From: Fistulifera solaris
Lineage: Eukaryota
NCBI GenBank assembly: GCA_030295235.1
Contig: AP026162.1
Span: 1,488,001-1,552,000 of the forward strand
DNA: 64,000 bases
Direction: 5' to 3'
The notes beneath the pieces are model-generated. The model saw only the letters and a program-made list of their open reading frames with translations. It was not told where the DNA came from and made no database searches. Both the position numbers and the translations under genes were made by a program. How positions within the stretch are numbered: the stretch's first letter is position 1; each line of letters begins with the position of its first letter. This document shows positions 36,634 through 48,986 of the stretch, piece after piece.

Positions 36634-37641
36634 TTAGCAACCATATTTCGCCCGCTTGTTGGCACGGTATTGTTCGGTATTCATTTCACGAAGTGTTTGA
36701 CTAGCCTTCTTGCGAGCGACAATGTTTTTCACTCGATACCATTGGTTTGTTTCCTCGTCTAGTTTCAAAAATCGACCGCCCCAGTTTTCTACAATATCGA
36801 CGAGCTCCTGACTAATCCCCGTCTTCGCTTCCTTATCGGCAGCCAAATACCTCGGCTGTATTTTTTCCTTTTCAATCAAATAGCGTTTATTGCCCGCATG
36901 ATGATTGCTACGACCGCCACGACCCAACAACACGTCATCGTCCGTAACTTCGCAAAACTCCATGACTTCGGGATCGTAATTGGGTTTGGTTCGGTTGCGT
37001 TTTCGTCGCTTCTTCTTGGGTGAAGAAGCAGCCGGCTTGGCGTCGTCATCCGTTGTTGTTGATTCCAAGGTAGAGGAAGGAGCCTCGGTACTCGCGGGTA
37101 GCACATGAGTCAAAGACGGCGGCAATTGCGATTCAAACATCTGATCCCAGTCGGTGCTTTTCGGTGCAATGCCGCTGCTGGTACTCGTCGAACGAAAGAA
37201 CATGCTCTGAATCGAACTGTTATCAATGTGCTTCGCAGCATCTTGAGGAAGCCACTCCTTACTGGTAAGCATATCAGAGAACTGCGCCATCATCAAAGAA
37301 CCGGCGTCAATTCGCTTCGGATCGTTCCCGCCGTCGGGTCGTGCACGACTACGACTCTGCAGTATTTGAGCAATCATCGCCGCACTGTCGGAACTGCGGA
37401 ACGCTTGTTGAAACATTTCCGAGCTCTTTCCTATAGATTTCATGAAATCAGAAATGCTCTCGTCGGACTTGAGAAGCTTTGATACAGTGATATCGTCCTC
37501 CAAAGCGGCCATGAGACCGGTCGAATCGCTGCTCCGCAGTAACTGCTGCAGCATATTCGTATTCTCTTGTGAGGCTTCGCTGTTATCGATTAAAGGGTAT
37601 TTTTCGGGAGTAGAGGATGAGAATGACGACATGTCTATCAT
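36634..37641 (-). CDS. DUF6824-domain protein (diatom-expanded family)
   Basis: TDDDVLLGRGGRSNHHAGNKRY...KTGISQELVDIV...GGRFLK...W...ARKKASQTLRE, preceded by a KKKRRKR NLS-like stretch. Confidence 0.85.
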   Translation of the reverse strand: MIDMSSFSSSTPEKYPLIDNSEASQENTNMLQQLLRSSDSTGLMAALEDDITVSKLLKSDESISDFMKSIGKSSEMFQQAFRSSDSAAMIAQILQSRSRARPDGGNDPKRIDAGSLMMAQFSDMLTSKEWLPQDAAKHIDNSSIQSMFFRSTSTSSGIAPKSTDWDQMFESQLPPSLTHVLPASTEAPSSTLESTTTDDDAKPAASSPKKKRRKRNRTKPNYDPEVMEFCEVTDDDVLLGRGGRSNHHAGNKRYLIEKEKIQPRYLAADKEAKTGISQELVDIVENWGGRFLKLDEETNQWYRVKNIVARKKASQTLREMNTEQYRANKRAKYGC

Positions 37642-38093
37642 AGTTGAAGATGCTTTGCTTGTGTGAAACTAATAGTAATGTAAACAAAGTTTGATGTGTC
37701 GATGTCGATGAGCTTTTTTCTTCGAGCGAAAAAATGCCATCGTTTTGTGACGTGTATTTTTCGTGGCGCGGAAGCAAAAATCCAGACCCGCGGCCACTTT
37801 TTTCAACAAAACCAAGACCAAACTCACAGTAGGGATGAACTGTAGAGGGTACCGGTTTGTTCGTGGTGCTAAGGTTCAGGCTTTATCCGGTTGTCGGTCA
37901 GACGGAGTACGTGTTGACAGAAAAAACAAAACTGACAGCAACAAAACTCTTGTCGAGTGAATCATCAGCAAAGCGACAACAAGGATGACAAGAAGTTTGT
38001 TGGAAACAAGCATTAAAGACACATTGAGCCTTTACTTTGATTCTGAGTGGAAGAGCAGATTTCTTTGTCCATCGTGAAAGGATTACATTTCAA

Positions 38094-39271
38094 ATGGGGT
38101 TGAGACATTTCATCCTCGTTTTGTCGTTGACATCGGCATCGGCATTCTGTCGGTCGAGACCAGTTGCGGTCGGATTGCCAACACATACTTTCCAGTTACC
38201 AAAACCACAATCTCGTCTTTCCGCGGTGGAAGGTGATTTTGATCCAGAAGCCATTTCTCGCGCGAAAGAAGAAGCTGCGGCCGGTTCAATGAAAGCGAGA
38301 CTGCGGGCCCTTTACAAATTCACTCGACCGCATACGATCCGTGGAACTATCCTGGGATCTATCGCGGGTACAACGCGCGCTCTACTCGATACACCGGGGT
38401 CGATTGCGTCTGCCAACTGGGGAATTATGTTGCCTCGGGCCTTTATAGGAATGGTAGCATTACTGCTGGGAAATGCGTTTATTGTGGGGATCAATCAAAT
38501 TTACGACGAGGATATTGACAAAATGAACAAACCTTTTCTCCCCTGTCGCGAGTGGAGAGATGAGCAAGCGATTCGCCTGGATTGCCGTTGTTGTTTCTTT
38601 TTGTCGGGTCCTCTCCTCGTGAAAAAGTTCTTCCCACCCTTACTATTTAAGTTGTACTCCTTTGGTATCTTTCTCGGAGCAATTTACTCCATCCCGCCAG
38701 TCCGAACCAAGAAGAATCCTGTTCTCGCTGGTTTAACAATAGCTACAGTGCGCGGATTTCTTTTGAATTTTGGCGTCTACTACGCTGTGAAGGATGCACT
38801 TGGTGCCAGCTTTTCGTGGTCTCCCAAAGTGGCCTTCATTGCGCGTTTCATGACGACTTTTGCCTCTGTCATTGCGATCACTAAAGATTTGCCGGATGTG
38901 GAAGGTGATAAAGTAAGTGCGAAATTACGCAATGCGCTTTCATCTGTTCATTCGGTTTGTACTAACATCGTTGGCGACATCAAGGCGTACCAAATCGAAA
39001 CGTTTGCAACCAAGATTGGTGTAGCTCGAATCGCTAAAGGAGCGACCTTTGCCTACTACTGAATTACATCCATGCGTTGGCGACTGGCTTACTTTTGCCC
39101 GCTGGAGTGTTCAAAATGATCCCAATGATTGGTGGTCATATCGCCCTTGCAACAATTCTAGTTGCTCGATTCCGACAGCTAGAAGCGGACTCTATCCAGT
39201 CGGTCAAGAAGTACTACAAACATATCTGGGATTTGTTTTACCTCGAATACGTGCTCTATACACTAATCTAG
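38094..39271 (+). CDS. HST: Homogentisate solanesyltransferase (UbiA family), plastid-targeted; intron 38913-38984; indels near 38542, 38600 and 39048
   Basis: Signal peptide ending [79 protein letters not shown]. Confidence 0.92.
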
Positions 39272-39380
39272 AATCCAGTTTTAACGGTTTCACCTATAGT
39301 TAACAATTGCCATTCGCCTATTGCGGAAAATTGTACCCTAGAGCATTGCGTTTTACTGCAGATGAATCACAAAATATCAT

Positions 39381-41256
39381 TTAAGCCTTAGCTTTCTTGG
39401 CAGCCGGACCATCCAACTTTGTGTCCGCTTCAAAAGTCTCATCGTAGGCAGAGTCATGCACTCCAGCAGCTCGACCACTGGGATCGGCTCTTGAAGCAAA
39501 GGATGCATCCCATCTCATGGCGCGCTCTGTCGAACATGCGATAGACTTTCCTCCTGGGACTGTCTTCTCGGCAGCTTCACCAGGGAAGAACTCCTCAAAG
39601 ATCATTCGGTAGCGGTACCCTTCCTTCGTCGTCGGAGTGTTGTGCGGAAATCGATTCTTGGCGCTAGCAAACATTTGGTCACTGATTTCTGACTCGGCAA
39701 TCTCCTTCAAGTGATCAACCCAGCCATAGCCGACACCGTCACTGAACTGCTCCTTCTGACGCCACAAGATATCGTGAGGCAAGTAAGGGTCGTCGGGAGT
39801 ATCAAAAGCCTTACGAATGACCCATTTCTCAAAACGCTGATCTTCTTTCTTCACGTTAGGGCCAGTGCGAATCATCTTCTCTTCCGGATCAAGGTTCATA
39901 GCAACGTCCAAGAAGTCGGCATCTAGGAACGGGCAGCGGGGTTCGACGCCCCAAGCACTCATTGCCTTGTTGCAACGAAGGCAATCGTACATGTGGAGTC
40001 GACTCAACTTATCGACGGTCTCATCCATGAACTCTTGAGCGTTGGGAGCTTTGTGAAAGTACAGGTAGCCTCCAAAGACTTCGTCGGCACCTTCTCCACT
40101 CAATACCATCTTGATTCCCATGGCTTTGATCTTGCGAGACATCAGGTACATCGGTGTCGAGGCTCGGATAGTGGTAACATCGTACGTTTCTATGCAGCGA
40201 ATGACATCGCGGACCGCATCCGAACCTTCCTGAATGGTGTAAGTGTACGAATGATGAATCGTTCCCAAAAAGTCGGCAACCTTCTTGGCGGCGACCAGAT
40301 CAGGGGACTTTTCCAACCCGATCGTGAACGAGTGGAGTTTTGGAAACGACGTGGAACGGCGTCCGATATTACGAGCGCAGATAGCGGCAACCAAGGAAGA
40401 ATCCAGACCACCCGAAAGAAGGACACCCCACGGCACATCGGACATCATACGGCGAGTGACAGCGCGTTCAAACGCAAGGCGCAAGTTTGCCTGGAAACGA
40501 AAGAAAAACATGAGAATTAACGTCACTTTAGACACCTAGCATATGGTAGCCAAGTATTCATTCACAAACAACTTACCGCATTGAACTTTTCCTTCGGAAG
40601 AGGCACGCCCGGAAGCATTTCGGGAGCCCAGTTGGGGGTATACCATCGTTGAAACTCGCCGGCCTTGTCACCTTTACTGACGTAAATGTGCCCAGGAGGA
40701 AAGTTGTGAAACTTGGTGCACTTGTCAACCAAACTCTTCATTTCCGAGCCGACGAAAATGGATCCATCGTTACCATATCCCATGTACAACGGCGTCTTAC
40801 CCATGTGATCGCGGGCAATCACAAAGAGATCTTTTTTCTGTCGTACAGAATGAACGAGAACATCCCTCGGAGCTGTTTGCACAGATCCACCGTCGCTCCG
40901 TGCTCTTCGTACAACGGAATGATGACCTCACAGTCGGAACCCGTCTTGGGAGTGTAGGGCTTGGCGAGAGTCTCGTACAGCTCCTTGTAGTTGTAGATTT
41001 CACCGTTGGCGGCTACGATGATCGACTTGTCATGCGATTCTAGCGGCTGAGAGCCCGATTCGGGGTCCATGATGGCGAGACGCTCATGCGCGATACCATG
41101 AGCATGAGTGATGTTCATGGACTCATTCGGCTCGATGACACGATAACCTGACCAGTCAGGACCGCGATGGCGGAGACGCGACGAGCACAGAATAAGCTCA
41201 CGTCGAAGATCGGCTTCCGACGCGCTCGAATGGAAGATTGCGAAGATACCACACAT
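39381..41256 (-). CDS. asnB: Glutamine-dependent asparagine synthetase; intron 40491-40576; indel near 40835
   Basis: [59 protein letters not shown]. Confidence 0.97.
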
Positions 41257-42026
41257 GATTACAAAACTTCCAGCAGAAAATGTTTGCTATTCGAGCTGTT
41301 GACAAATTGGCACACGAGAGGATGCCAAGTGTCGAGTGATGGGTTATTGGAATGCAAACTTCCTGATGAACGGCACGTCTTTCCTGTTGGCCGATGGGAG
41401 ATTTCAACTTGATTGCAACGAGTGGCTTTGAAAGTGTGCGTCGTGCGTCGCGAATGAAAATATCGCGAACCTGTGTTGGTGACAGTTTTGTCGGATCGGG
41501 AATCAAATTTGATGTATGTTCGGCTATGTACAGACACCTATGCGACATACTATGTATCGTTCCGGTACTACCTTGCTGCCAAGTTTTCATTGCTAAACTC
41601 AAATAAATGATGATTCATTAACTAGCAACATCACCATCATGGTCTTTCTAAAGGTATATAATGATAAATTGCGGCTTCATCTCTTCCTCTAGAATTGCCC
41701 TCGGTACATAAGCTTTAGTGCTTTTTTCTGTGCATCCAAAAACTTTACGGGACTGGAGTTGAGTTGAGTCACAATAAACAACACTTTAGGCTATACTACG
41801 CGATTTCGACGTCTGTCCATCGCTCCTTTCTCGGAGGGAACACGTTTCGCCGCAAAAGAAAAAAAAAAAAAAAAAGACGAAACGTCGCAAAACTCGCAAT
41901 CAATCGCAAACATTTCAATGGAAGTGTAAATAATAATGATGTTCAACAGCATTACAAGAACTACGAACTTCATATTTTAGACAAATAAACGTCATCTCAT
42001 ACATTACAATTAACGAGGCATTGATC

Positions 42027-43971
42027 ATGATGTGGTCGGTGCACTTTTTCCTTTTGAACTTGCTTTCCTCCCTTTTGCAACATCGTACTCCACCCTTACA
42101 TTCACGTCGTATGCACCCCATGCTTTCTCCGGCCCACGTAGGAGATTCCGTCACGTTGCAGTATCTCAACAAGATACTACAGAAGATATTATGGATGACG
42201 AAAAATTACTCAAAGAAGTCACAGAAAGTCAACTTGTAGGTCTCTGCAAACAATTTGAGCTTCCGACAGAAGGAAGCAAAGAAATTCTTCTGCGACGTCT
42301 TCGAGAATATGCCGAGCAACAACTTGAGAGGGAGCGAAAAGTACTGAAAGAAAGGGTGGATAAAGTGGAACAGGGCTCTGAGAATGATAAAGAACGTTAC
42401 GAACTTGCCGAAGGTAACCCGATCGATGACAACGACGACGATGAGGATGCTGCTTTCTTCTACTATCATTTACCCGGCGACGACACGTCCGACGTAACGT
42501 CAGCCAAACCTAAAGCTTCCAAGCCCAAGAAAGCAAGAGTCATTGATAGCAGTGTAGTCACGGCCCCACCTCCGCCACTTGAACCGAATGAAGATGGCGA
42601 ACGCGTCGTGACAATTTACTCGACGACCGACACAAACGATTTGACTGGTGTAGCCGCAGCGCAGCCCGGTCAATCGAGCATTGCTGGCGGTGATTTGACG
42701 TCTGTTACACCCAGTATCAAAGGATCGCAACCTTGGGAAATGGAATCGCAGCAAAAGACTACTACAACCAGAGAAATAGAACAAGCAAAAGAGCAGATCA
42801 ACGAGCTTGTTCAGGTTCTCCTTGCCATGACAGGTGCCCCAGCTTTTGCTGCTATGGTGGACGACGATGAGTTGGCGATGAAGATGCCTTCGTATGCGCC
42901 ACGAAATGGATTTGTCGGGTTTGATCCATCGCTTGTCCCGCAACAATTGTTGTCGGCTTCTTCCCAGGCACTTAGAACAAGCCGTGGCGCGGTACTAGCA
43001 GATGTGCTGCGACAATATGAACTTCAGGGAATAGGTCAAGATGGAATGGCTGGGGATGACACGCAGAAAGGAGGTGGTCACTACCGGGAAGTTTCAAAAG
43101 TACGCGCGTTTCTCGAAGGGTTTCGAAGGGCTGAAGTCCGTCGCCTCGCACGAGAAACAACTGTCATGCTGCTGGATAAGCTTGTGTCGGAAGGAGTTGA
43201 TGGACTGGATTTGATGCTGGCTTCCATGACCAAAAGTTCGGACGATGCTTCTGCCTATGCGGGAGAGCTGAATGATTCTTTGCTTGAGTATCTTAATGAC
43301 GCCATCCGTCAACAACAGGCTAAAGTTGACCAGTTGGTCGCTGATAGCCCCAAGATTGAGTTGTTGGAAGAAAAATATCCAAAAAGCGATCAAGTTGATG
43401 CTCTCTGGGAGGTTTCCTACGAGAATGGGGAGAAACTTGAAAGCATCGATCCAAATAATCCAACGGTTCAGAAAACTCTTCGAGAAGCGTACGGCAATGC
43501 AGATACGTCCCTGAGTAACACCAACGAACAGATCCCCGACAGTGCCGCGGAAAAGCTATTACTTCTCCTGACGCTCCTTCGTGAACGAATAAAGGTCGAA
43601 GCGGCTTTTGCGCCTGACGAAAAAGGTCGGAATTTGCGTTTACTCGCATACTGCCTTCGACTACAATCGGACAGGGAACGCGAGCAGCTGATTCTTAACA
43701 GCTTAGGAAGCTCTTTAGATGTAAGTTATTGGGGTGGTGGAAGATCTTTCGCGAGGAATTTGAAGAGACGCTCACCCTCGCTACTTTGCAGGCCTTAGAT
43801 TCTTTCGATGAACTTATTTCGAGTTCCATTGAATACGGCGAGAGCACGTCGTATCAGCTGCAACCAGCGAAAAGAGTAACGCTGAACTTAAAGGAGCTAA
43901 ACCGAATCCTAGAGCTTGTGAACAAAATTCGTCGTCAACAATCTCGAAAGGCTTCTGGATTGCAACCTTGA
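42027..43971 (+). CDS. SAP-domain protein with probable N-terminal targeting peptide; intron 43721-43791; probable indel near 42065
   Basis: LKEVTESQLVGLCKQFELPTEGSKEILLRRL (SAP-like); long open frame; GT-AG intron joins ALDSFDELI. Confidence 0.65.
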
Positions 43972-45149
43972 TAAATCACCGCCTTTTTCTAAGCAAAAGT
44001 ATTGTTGAAACAACTCAATTTCTACATACCCCAAATTAACTGATAGCCATAGTAATAGTCGCCGTAAAACAAGGCCTTTTCCGCCCTACACGTTAAGGAT
44101 TCAATGTCTTTTCGGTCTTGGAAGGAGTTTGTGCTTTCTTTGCAGGTTTATCCGCTTGAACGCTCCCAAGAACAGCAGGGGGAATCTGCGACAGGTCGCG
44201 AGAGTACCATCAACAGTGTTCCTGTGTTGTATTTCATTCCACCTTTCACGCTATCATGAATTACATTCATCAAATCGACCCAGTGTTTTTCATCTTCTCG
44301 TGACATGCGAGCGTATCCTTTATTGGAAATGTAGTTGAATGCCTGCCAAAAAGCGACAGCATCAAGTGCGAGGAGTAAGACAACATGACACAGTTAATGG
44401 TGGTAGAAAGCTGTGTCGGACTTACTTCTTCAAAAAAGTCAAAGTAAACACGGTTTCCTTGTTCCTCTCGAACGAGGAAATCTCCCTTTCGAAACCAGCC
44501 GAGATGGTGGCGATGTTCATTGGCGACGGTTCAGGTTTTAGTTCTGCCATGTTGCACTTTGATTATATCAGCTAACGGGAATGCTATGAATTTATTTTCA
44601 ATAAGGGTCCAACGCTTGTTATCGTTTCAAGATGACGGTCCTTTTGTTCTCGTCTCGTCGTCGCCCATCGCCGGTCATCTCCAAGGTCGTTTTGCGGATG
44701 AAAATTGACGCACTTCGAGTTTATATTCAAATATACAGATTTTAATAAAATCCTACAGAAGCTGACCGAAGGAACGTTCCCCGGACTAATTTGCGTAGAC
44801 GTTGCGGAAACAACGGAAACTGTCTATGGGAATAAAAGTAGTTTTGCGTTTTGCCTTTAGACCATCGATTGCCAAATGATCTTACACGACTGAAACCCAG
44901 TCATGCCAAAACACCAATAAGTGCCTTTAGTTTTTGTAAGAGGTCTATAAGATCGCCTCTAAGGTTTGAATAGCAAGATGCCCTCTTTGACAAATATCTT
45001 ATTACGAAATGATCTGATATGGTCGCCAGCTACAGTAAGCTTTTTTAAAGTTTGGATGCACGCTCGTCTGTGGTGAGAGATGTGAATGTAGACGTTCTTG
45101 GTAAATGCTTCTCTTCTACTTTCCGCTCAATTTCAATGAAATATGAGTT

Positions 45150-45834
45150 CTAGTTTGTGATTTCTCTCGTAAGGGGCAGATCGACTTCGGCGAGGTATGA
45201 ATCAAGGCTAGAAATTGCAGCGTCAAAACTTGCTTTCGCTCCTTTCGTATCTTTCTTTTCAATGATTTGGTCATTCCTTCTACATTGGCGGCAAAAGCTT
45301 TCCATTTCTATAAGAAGAACTTTATTCATTAGAAACGATACATCCATTTGCTAGATCACTAACAAGTTCAGTTCATACCTTAACTGCCGGAAGTGAATCT
45401 GGCGCAGCGCTGGAATTTCGTCGAAAAGCATTGGCCAGCAAGTAGCCTGCGGAGGAAAAATCTTTCCACGAGCCGACATCTTCGCTGGTAAAGAAATTAC
45501 GAAGTGCTTCAATATCTCCGCTATCTAGAGGATTTGTCAGAGATGCAAATGTCTTGACACCTTGTTTGACTCGGTCGTTGTAGCGCTGCTTCGCCGAAAG
45601 AAGATAGGCACCCCCAGCTGTTGCTCCACCCGAGGCCCACGCACTTTCATGGGGAAGTGTCACGGTGCCGATCAAGGCCAAGGTGCAAGCAGACATCTGA
45701 TTCACAACATCCCTCCGAGACAACATGAGGGCTGAACTCTCTTGCAAGGATTCTTTCGCAGGAACGGCGACGAAGCCAAAAACCGTTGCCGCAGGAAGGA
45801 CAATTAGCAGGCTCGGGATTAAATGCAGCTTCAT
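45150..45834 (-). CDS. Thylakoid lumen protein (PsbQ-like helical bundle) with tripartite targeting; intron 45308-45378; indel near 45258
   Basis: Signal peptide ending VFG-F, twin-arginine SRRDVV, hydrophobic stretch, AWA cleavage site; mature SGGATAGGAYLLSAKQRYN...LDSYLAEVDLP. Confidence 0.75.
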
Positions 45835-45984
45835 CGTGGATAGTCAAAATTTGATTTGATGAGAATCTGATGAAGTCTCTCTGTTTTGATTCAAAACGAT
45901 GAAAGTGGTTGAAAGATTTCATGCGAAAAATCTTTTCAACGTGATGGTGTAAAACGGTGTGACACGCTATGACTCCTAAACACG

Positions 45985-46245
45985 ATTTCCAGAAATGCTG
46001 GAATTTTTTAGCAACCCGAAAAACACTCAACACCTTGTCCTGAATTTCTGGTAAGGTTTACTCCGTATTTGTTTCCTTGAAACGGCTCGTTTTTGAACTT
46101 CTATACCAGGTAGGTTTAACTTTCATAGATTTTTTGAAGGCGAAAATCATTTGGTCCAGAATATCTGGACCCACCACAGATTTTCTGTAAGTTTCAAAAA
46201 TCCATGTCCAGAATTTCTGGAACGTAGTCAGAATTTCTGCTTGAT
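45985..46245. repeat. Cluster of degenerate CCAGAA(A/T)(A/T)TCTGG palindromes upstream of the lumen-protein gene
   Basis: TTCCAGAAATGCTGGAA, GGTCCAGAATATCTGGACC, CAGATTTTCTG, TCCAGAATTTCTGGAA, CAGAATTTCTG. Confidence 0.7.
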
Positions 46246-46360
46246 CGAAAACACTCTCACTTCTCACTTAGTTTTAGATTGAAACTTCTTAGAGTTTCAG
46301 ACAGCTAGCGACCCTCTACAAGTGATTAATAACAGCAATAAGATATTTTATTCGAAAGAG

Positions 46361-48442
46361 TTATAGCCAATAAGTAAACAAGGCTAATCCCACCGTGGTC
46401 ATCCATAACATGGTCCTTCTACCAGGAGCGCTAGAGCTTGATCCGGCAGGAGATGGCACTACCGGAGGAACAGGTACCACCGGTGGTACCCCAGAGGGTG
46501 TGGTGGCAGGGTTTGGTGCAGTGGTCATATTCGGACGAACAAAGTTTTGCTCCAATGGCGGACATGACGGAGGGCGCGGTGTGGGAGAGCGTGTCTGTGC
46601 AGAAATTCGACAATCAGCAGACTCGGTGCAATCAGTACAGAGTGGCGATAGTGGACGCGACGAAAAATCTGGATCAGCTGTATTTAAGCAACCGCTGGAT
46701 TCGAACATATTGGAAGCGCTGTCGCCAGCCAGGCGGTCTCCCCAAGCGCATAGACTACTATTGTAAGAGGCTGCTTCAGAGAACATCTGCATGGTGCTGA
46801 CAACATTAGTCACATTCCAAGTGCAGAGGTTTGCCCCGAAACTGCTTGCGCCCTGGAACATGCCACTGGCGCTAGTAAGTTTCTCCACGTTCCAAGTTGA
46901 AAGGTCAGAACTGAAATCTGATGCTCCTGCGAACATGCTTTGCATATCAACGACATTGGATGTATCCCACATTCCAAGATCCTGATTAAATGAGGCAGCG
47001 TCGCCAAACATGAAAGTCTGAAAAAGGGTTCAATGATTGTTCGCGGCACTAAGAACGAGTTCTGGCATCTGGTCTTACCATTTTCTCCACTTTGCTCGTA
47101 ATCCACGTGTCTAGAGGTTGGTCGAAAGCAATGGCGTTCCGAAACATATCGGTCATATCAACAACATTCTCCGTATTCCAGCAAGAAAGATCTTCATTGA
47201 AAGTCTCTTGAAAACGAAACGTATTTGCCATGCTTGTGACCTCGGTTGTACACCAGTTGCCGATGGGATAACCGTACGTTGCAGCGACAGGATTCTGTTG
47301 ATTGTCGGGAGCACGGAAGTAATCTTGAACGGCTCTCTGAAATTCTTCGTCCGAATTAAAGCACTGACATTCTCCCTTCACTGCGTCACACGGAGTAGGT
47401 TGACAGATTCCACATAATGGACCAACATACTGGCTGGTAAACATAGCATCGAGCTGAGATTCGCATGCCGTCTCAATGAACATATCGGAGGTCACCAAAT
47501 CGCGTCCGAGAAGAGAATCTTCCCAGGCACACAAATTTTGGGAGAAGGAAGTTGCTCCCTCAAACATCTCGGAAAAGCTTACACCAGACGACACATCCCA
47601 GCCGGATAGATCCGTGTTGAAGTTTTCGACAAGCTTAAACATGCCATCAAATTCCGTGCCTTTCGAGACACTCCAACTTTTCACTTTCGACAGGTCGAAG
47701 CCACGTGATTCACCGAACATGTAAGCAAATTGTTGATTGTTCGAAACATCCCAGTTGGAAAGATCAAATTGAAAGGATGTCGTGCGAAAGAACATGTAAC
47801 GCATATCGGTCGCGGCTGCGACATTCCACGACGACAAATTTTCGACAGCGCTCGTGGCACTGTGAAACATGGCATTGAAGGTTTGTACTTGACTGACATC
47901 CCATGACGACAAACCTTGTCCCGTAAAATTGGTGGCTCCTCGAAACGCTCGCGCCATATTTTTTACCGAACTGGTGTCCCATGACGATAGATCCTGGTTG
48001 AATGCAACGGCATTGTCAAATGCTGAAATCATGCTGGTGACTTTGGACAGATCTTTCCGTGGTTTGCAATGACAAGAGATAAGATAACAGTACTCGTCAA
48101 CAGAGTATTCTTGGTTAAAAACTTACTCCACCCCGAGATATCTTGATTGAACGCCGCGGCTCTATCAAACATGCCGTCTATTGTTGTTGCATTCGACATG
48201 TCCCATTTTGAAATATCTTCATTAAATGTTTCGGCATTCACAAATAGATCCGTAAAGTCGGTTACTTGTCCGACACACCAGCTACCGATAGGATAACCGT
48301 ACGTTTCTGTGATCGGTGTTCCCTCCACAGGATTATTGAGATACTGCGTGACGGCATCACGCAATTCGGTTCCGTTGGTGAAACAAGTGTTCTGTGCCGA
48401 CGCGAGACGAAGCAAAGCGAGTGCTGCGGCGAACCATTTCAT
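46361..48442 (-). CDS. Secreted, probably GPI-anchored DUF285 (BspA-like) repeat surface protein; introns 48053-48126 and 47018-47078
   Basis: Signal MKWFAAALALLRLASAQ; many FNQDLSSWDTSSVKNM / MF..A..F repeats; two YGYPIG.WC caps; Pro/Thr stalk; hydrophobic C-terminus after SSSSA. Confidence 0.9.
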
Positions 48443-48986
48443 TGTTAACTCTAAGGGCTGTCTCAAGTTGTTTCTCGATAAAGCAGTTCTTAGATTGATC
48501 TGATCGTCGGCTGATGCATGAATGCGAGATCATGGACGATCATCGATGATGCATGATGACAACAAAGCCAAAATGCAAGGAATAAATTTTTCAGAAAAAA
48601 CGAGAGAAAGTCGGTCTTGCTTAAGAGCAGATCAACATTGAAGTCGCATCGATGTGTAAGTCTTAATCATGGTTAATCTTCCAACTGATACGGTACTCAT
48701 AAATACGATCCTTTGCACGATGGATTTTCCACTATATCTTTAAAAGTAGATTACTTTTTCGTTGCGTACCAGTCGTCCTGTAACGGTCCGCTGCGCTCTC
48801 TTTTCTCGCTTTTTTTGTCGCGAAAAAATGGTCACGACGATGACGCAAAACTCGCAATCATTGCGCCCGTTGGTTGCGATTGGAGTAAGCACAGCAGTGT
48901 CTTCACATTCATATCGACTGCTTCCTCTATTATCTTGGTGACACGTGAAGGCTTGTAAAGGCTTGCTACTCGGAAACAACAAGCAA

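Noticed and set aside
44000..45100. Possible gene or RNA in the long intergenic gap (also 35500-36600 and 60500-61300)
   Set aside because: Only short ORFs without motifs; no tRNA cloverleaf or repeat structure recognised by eye.
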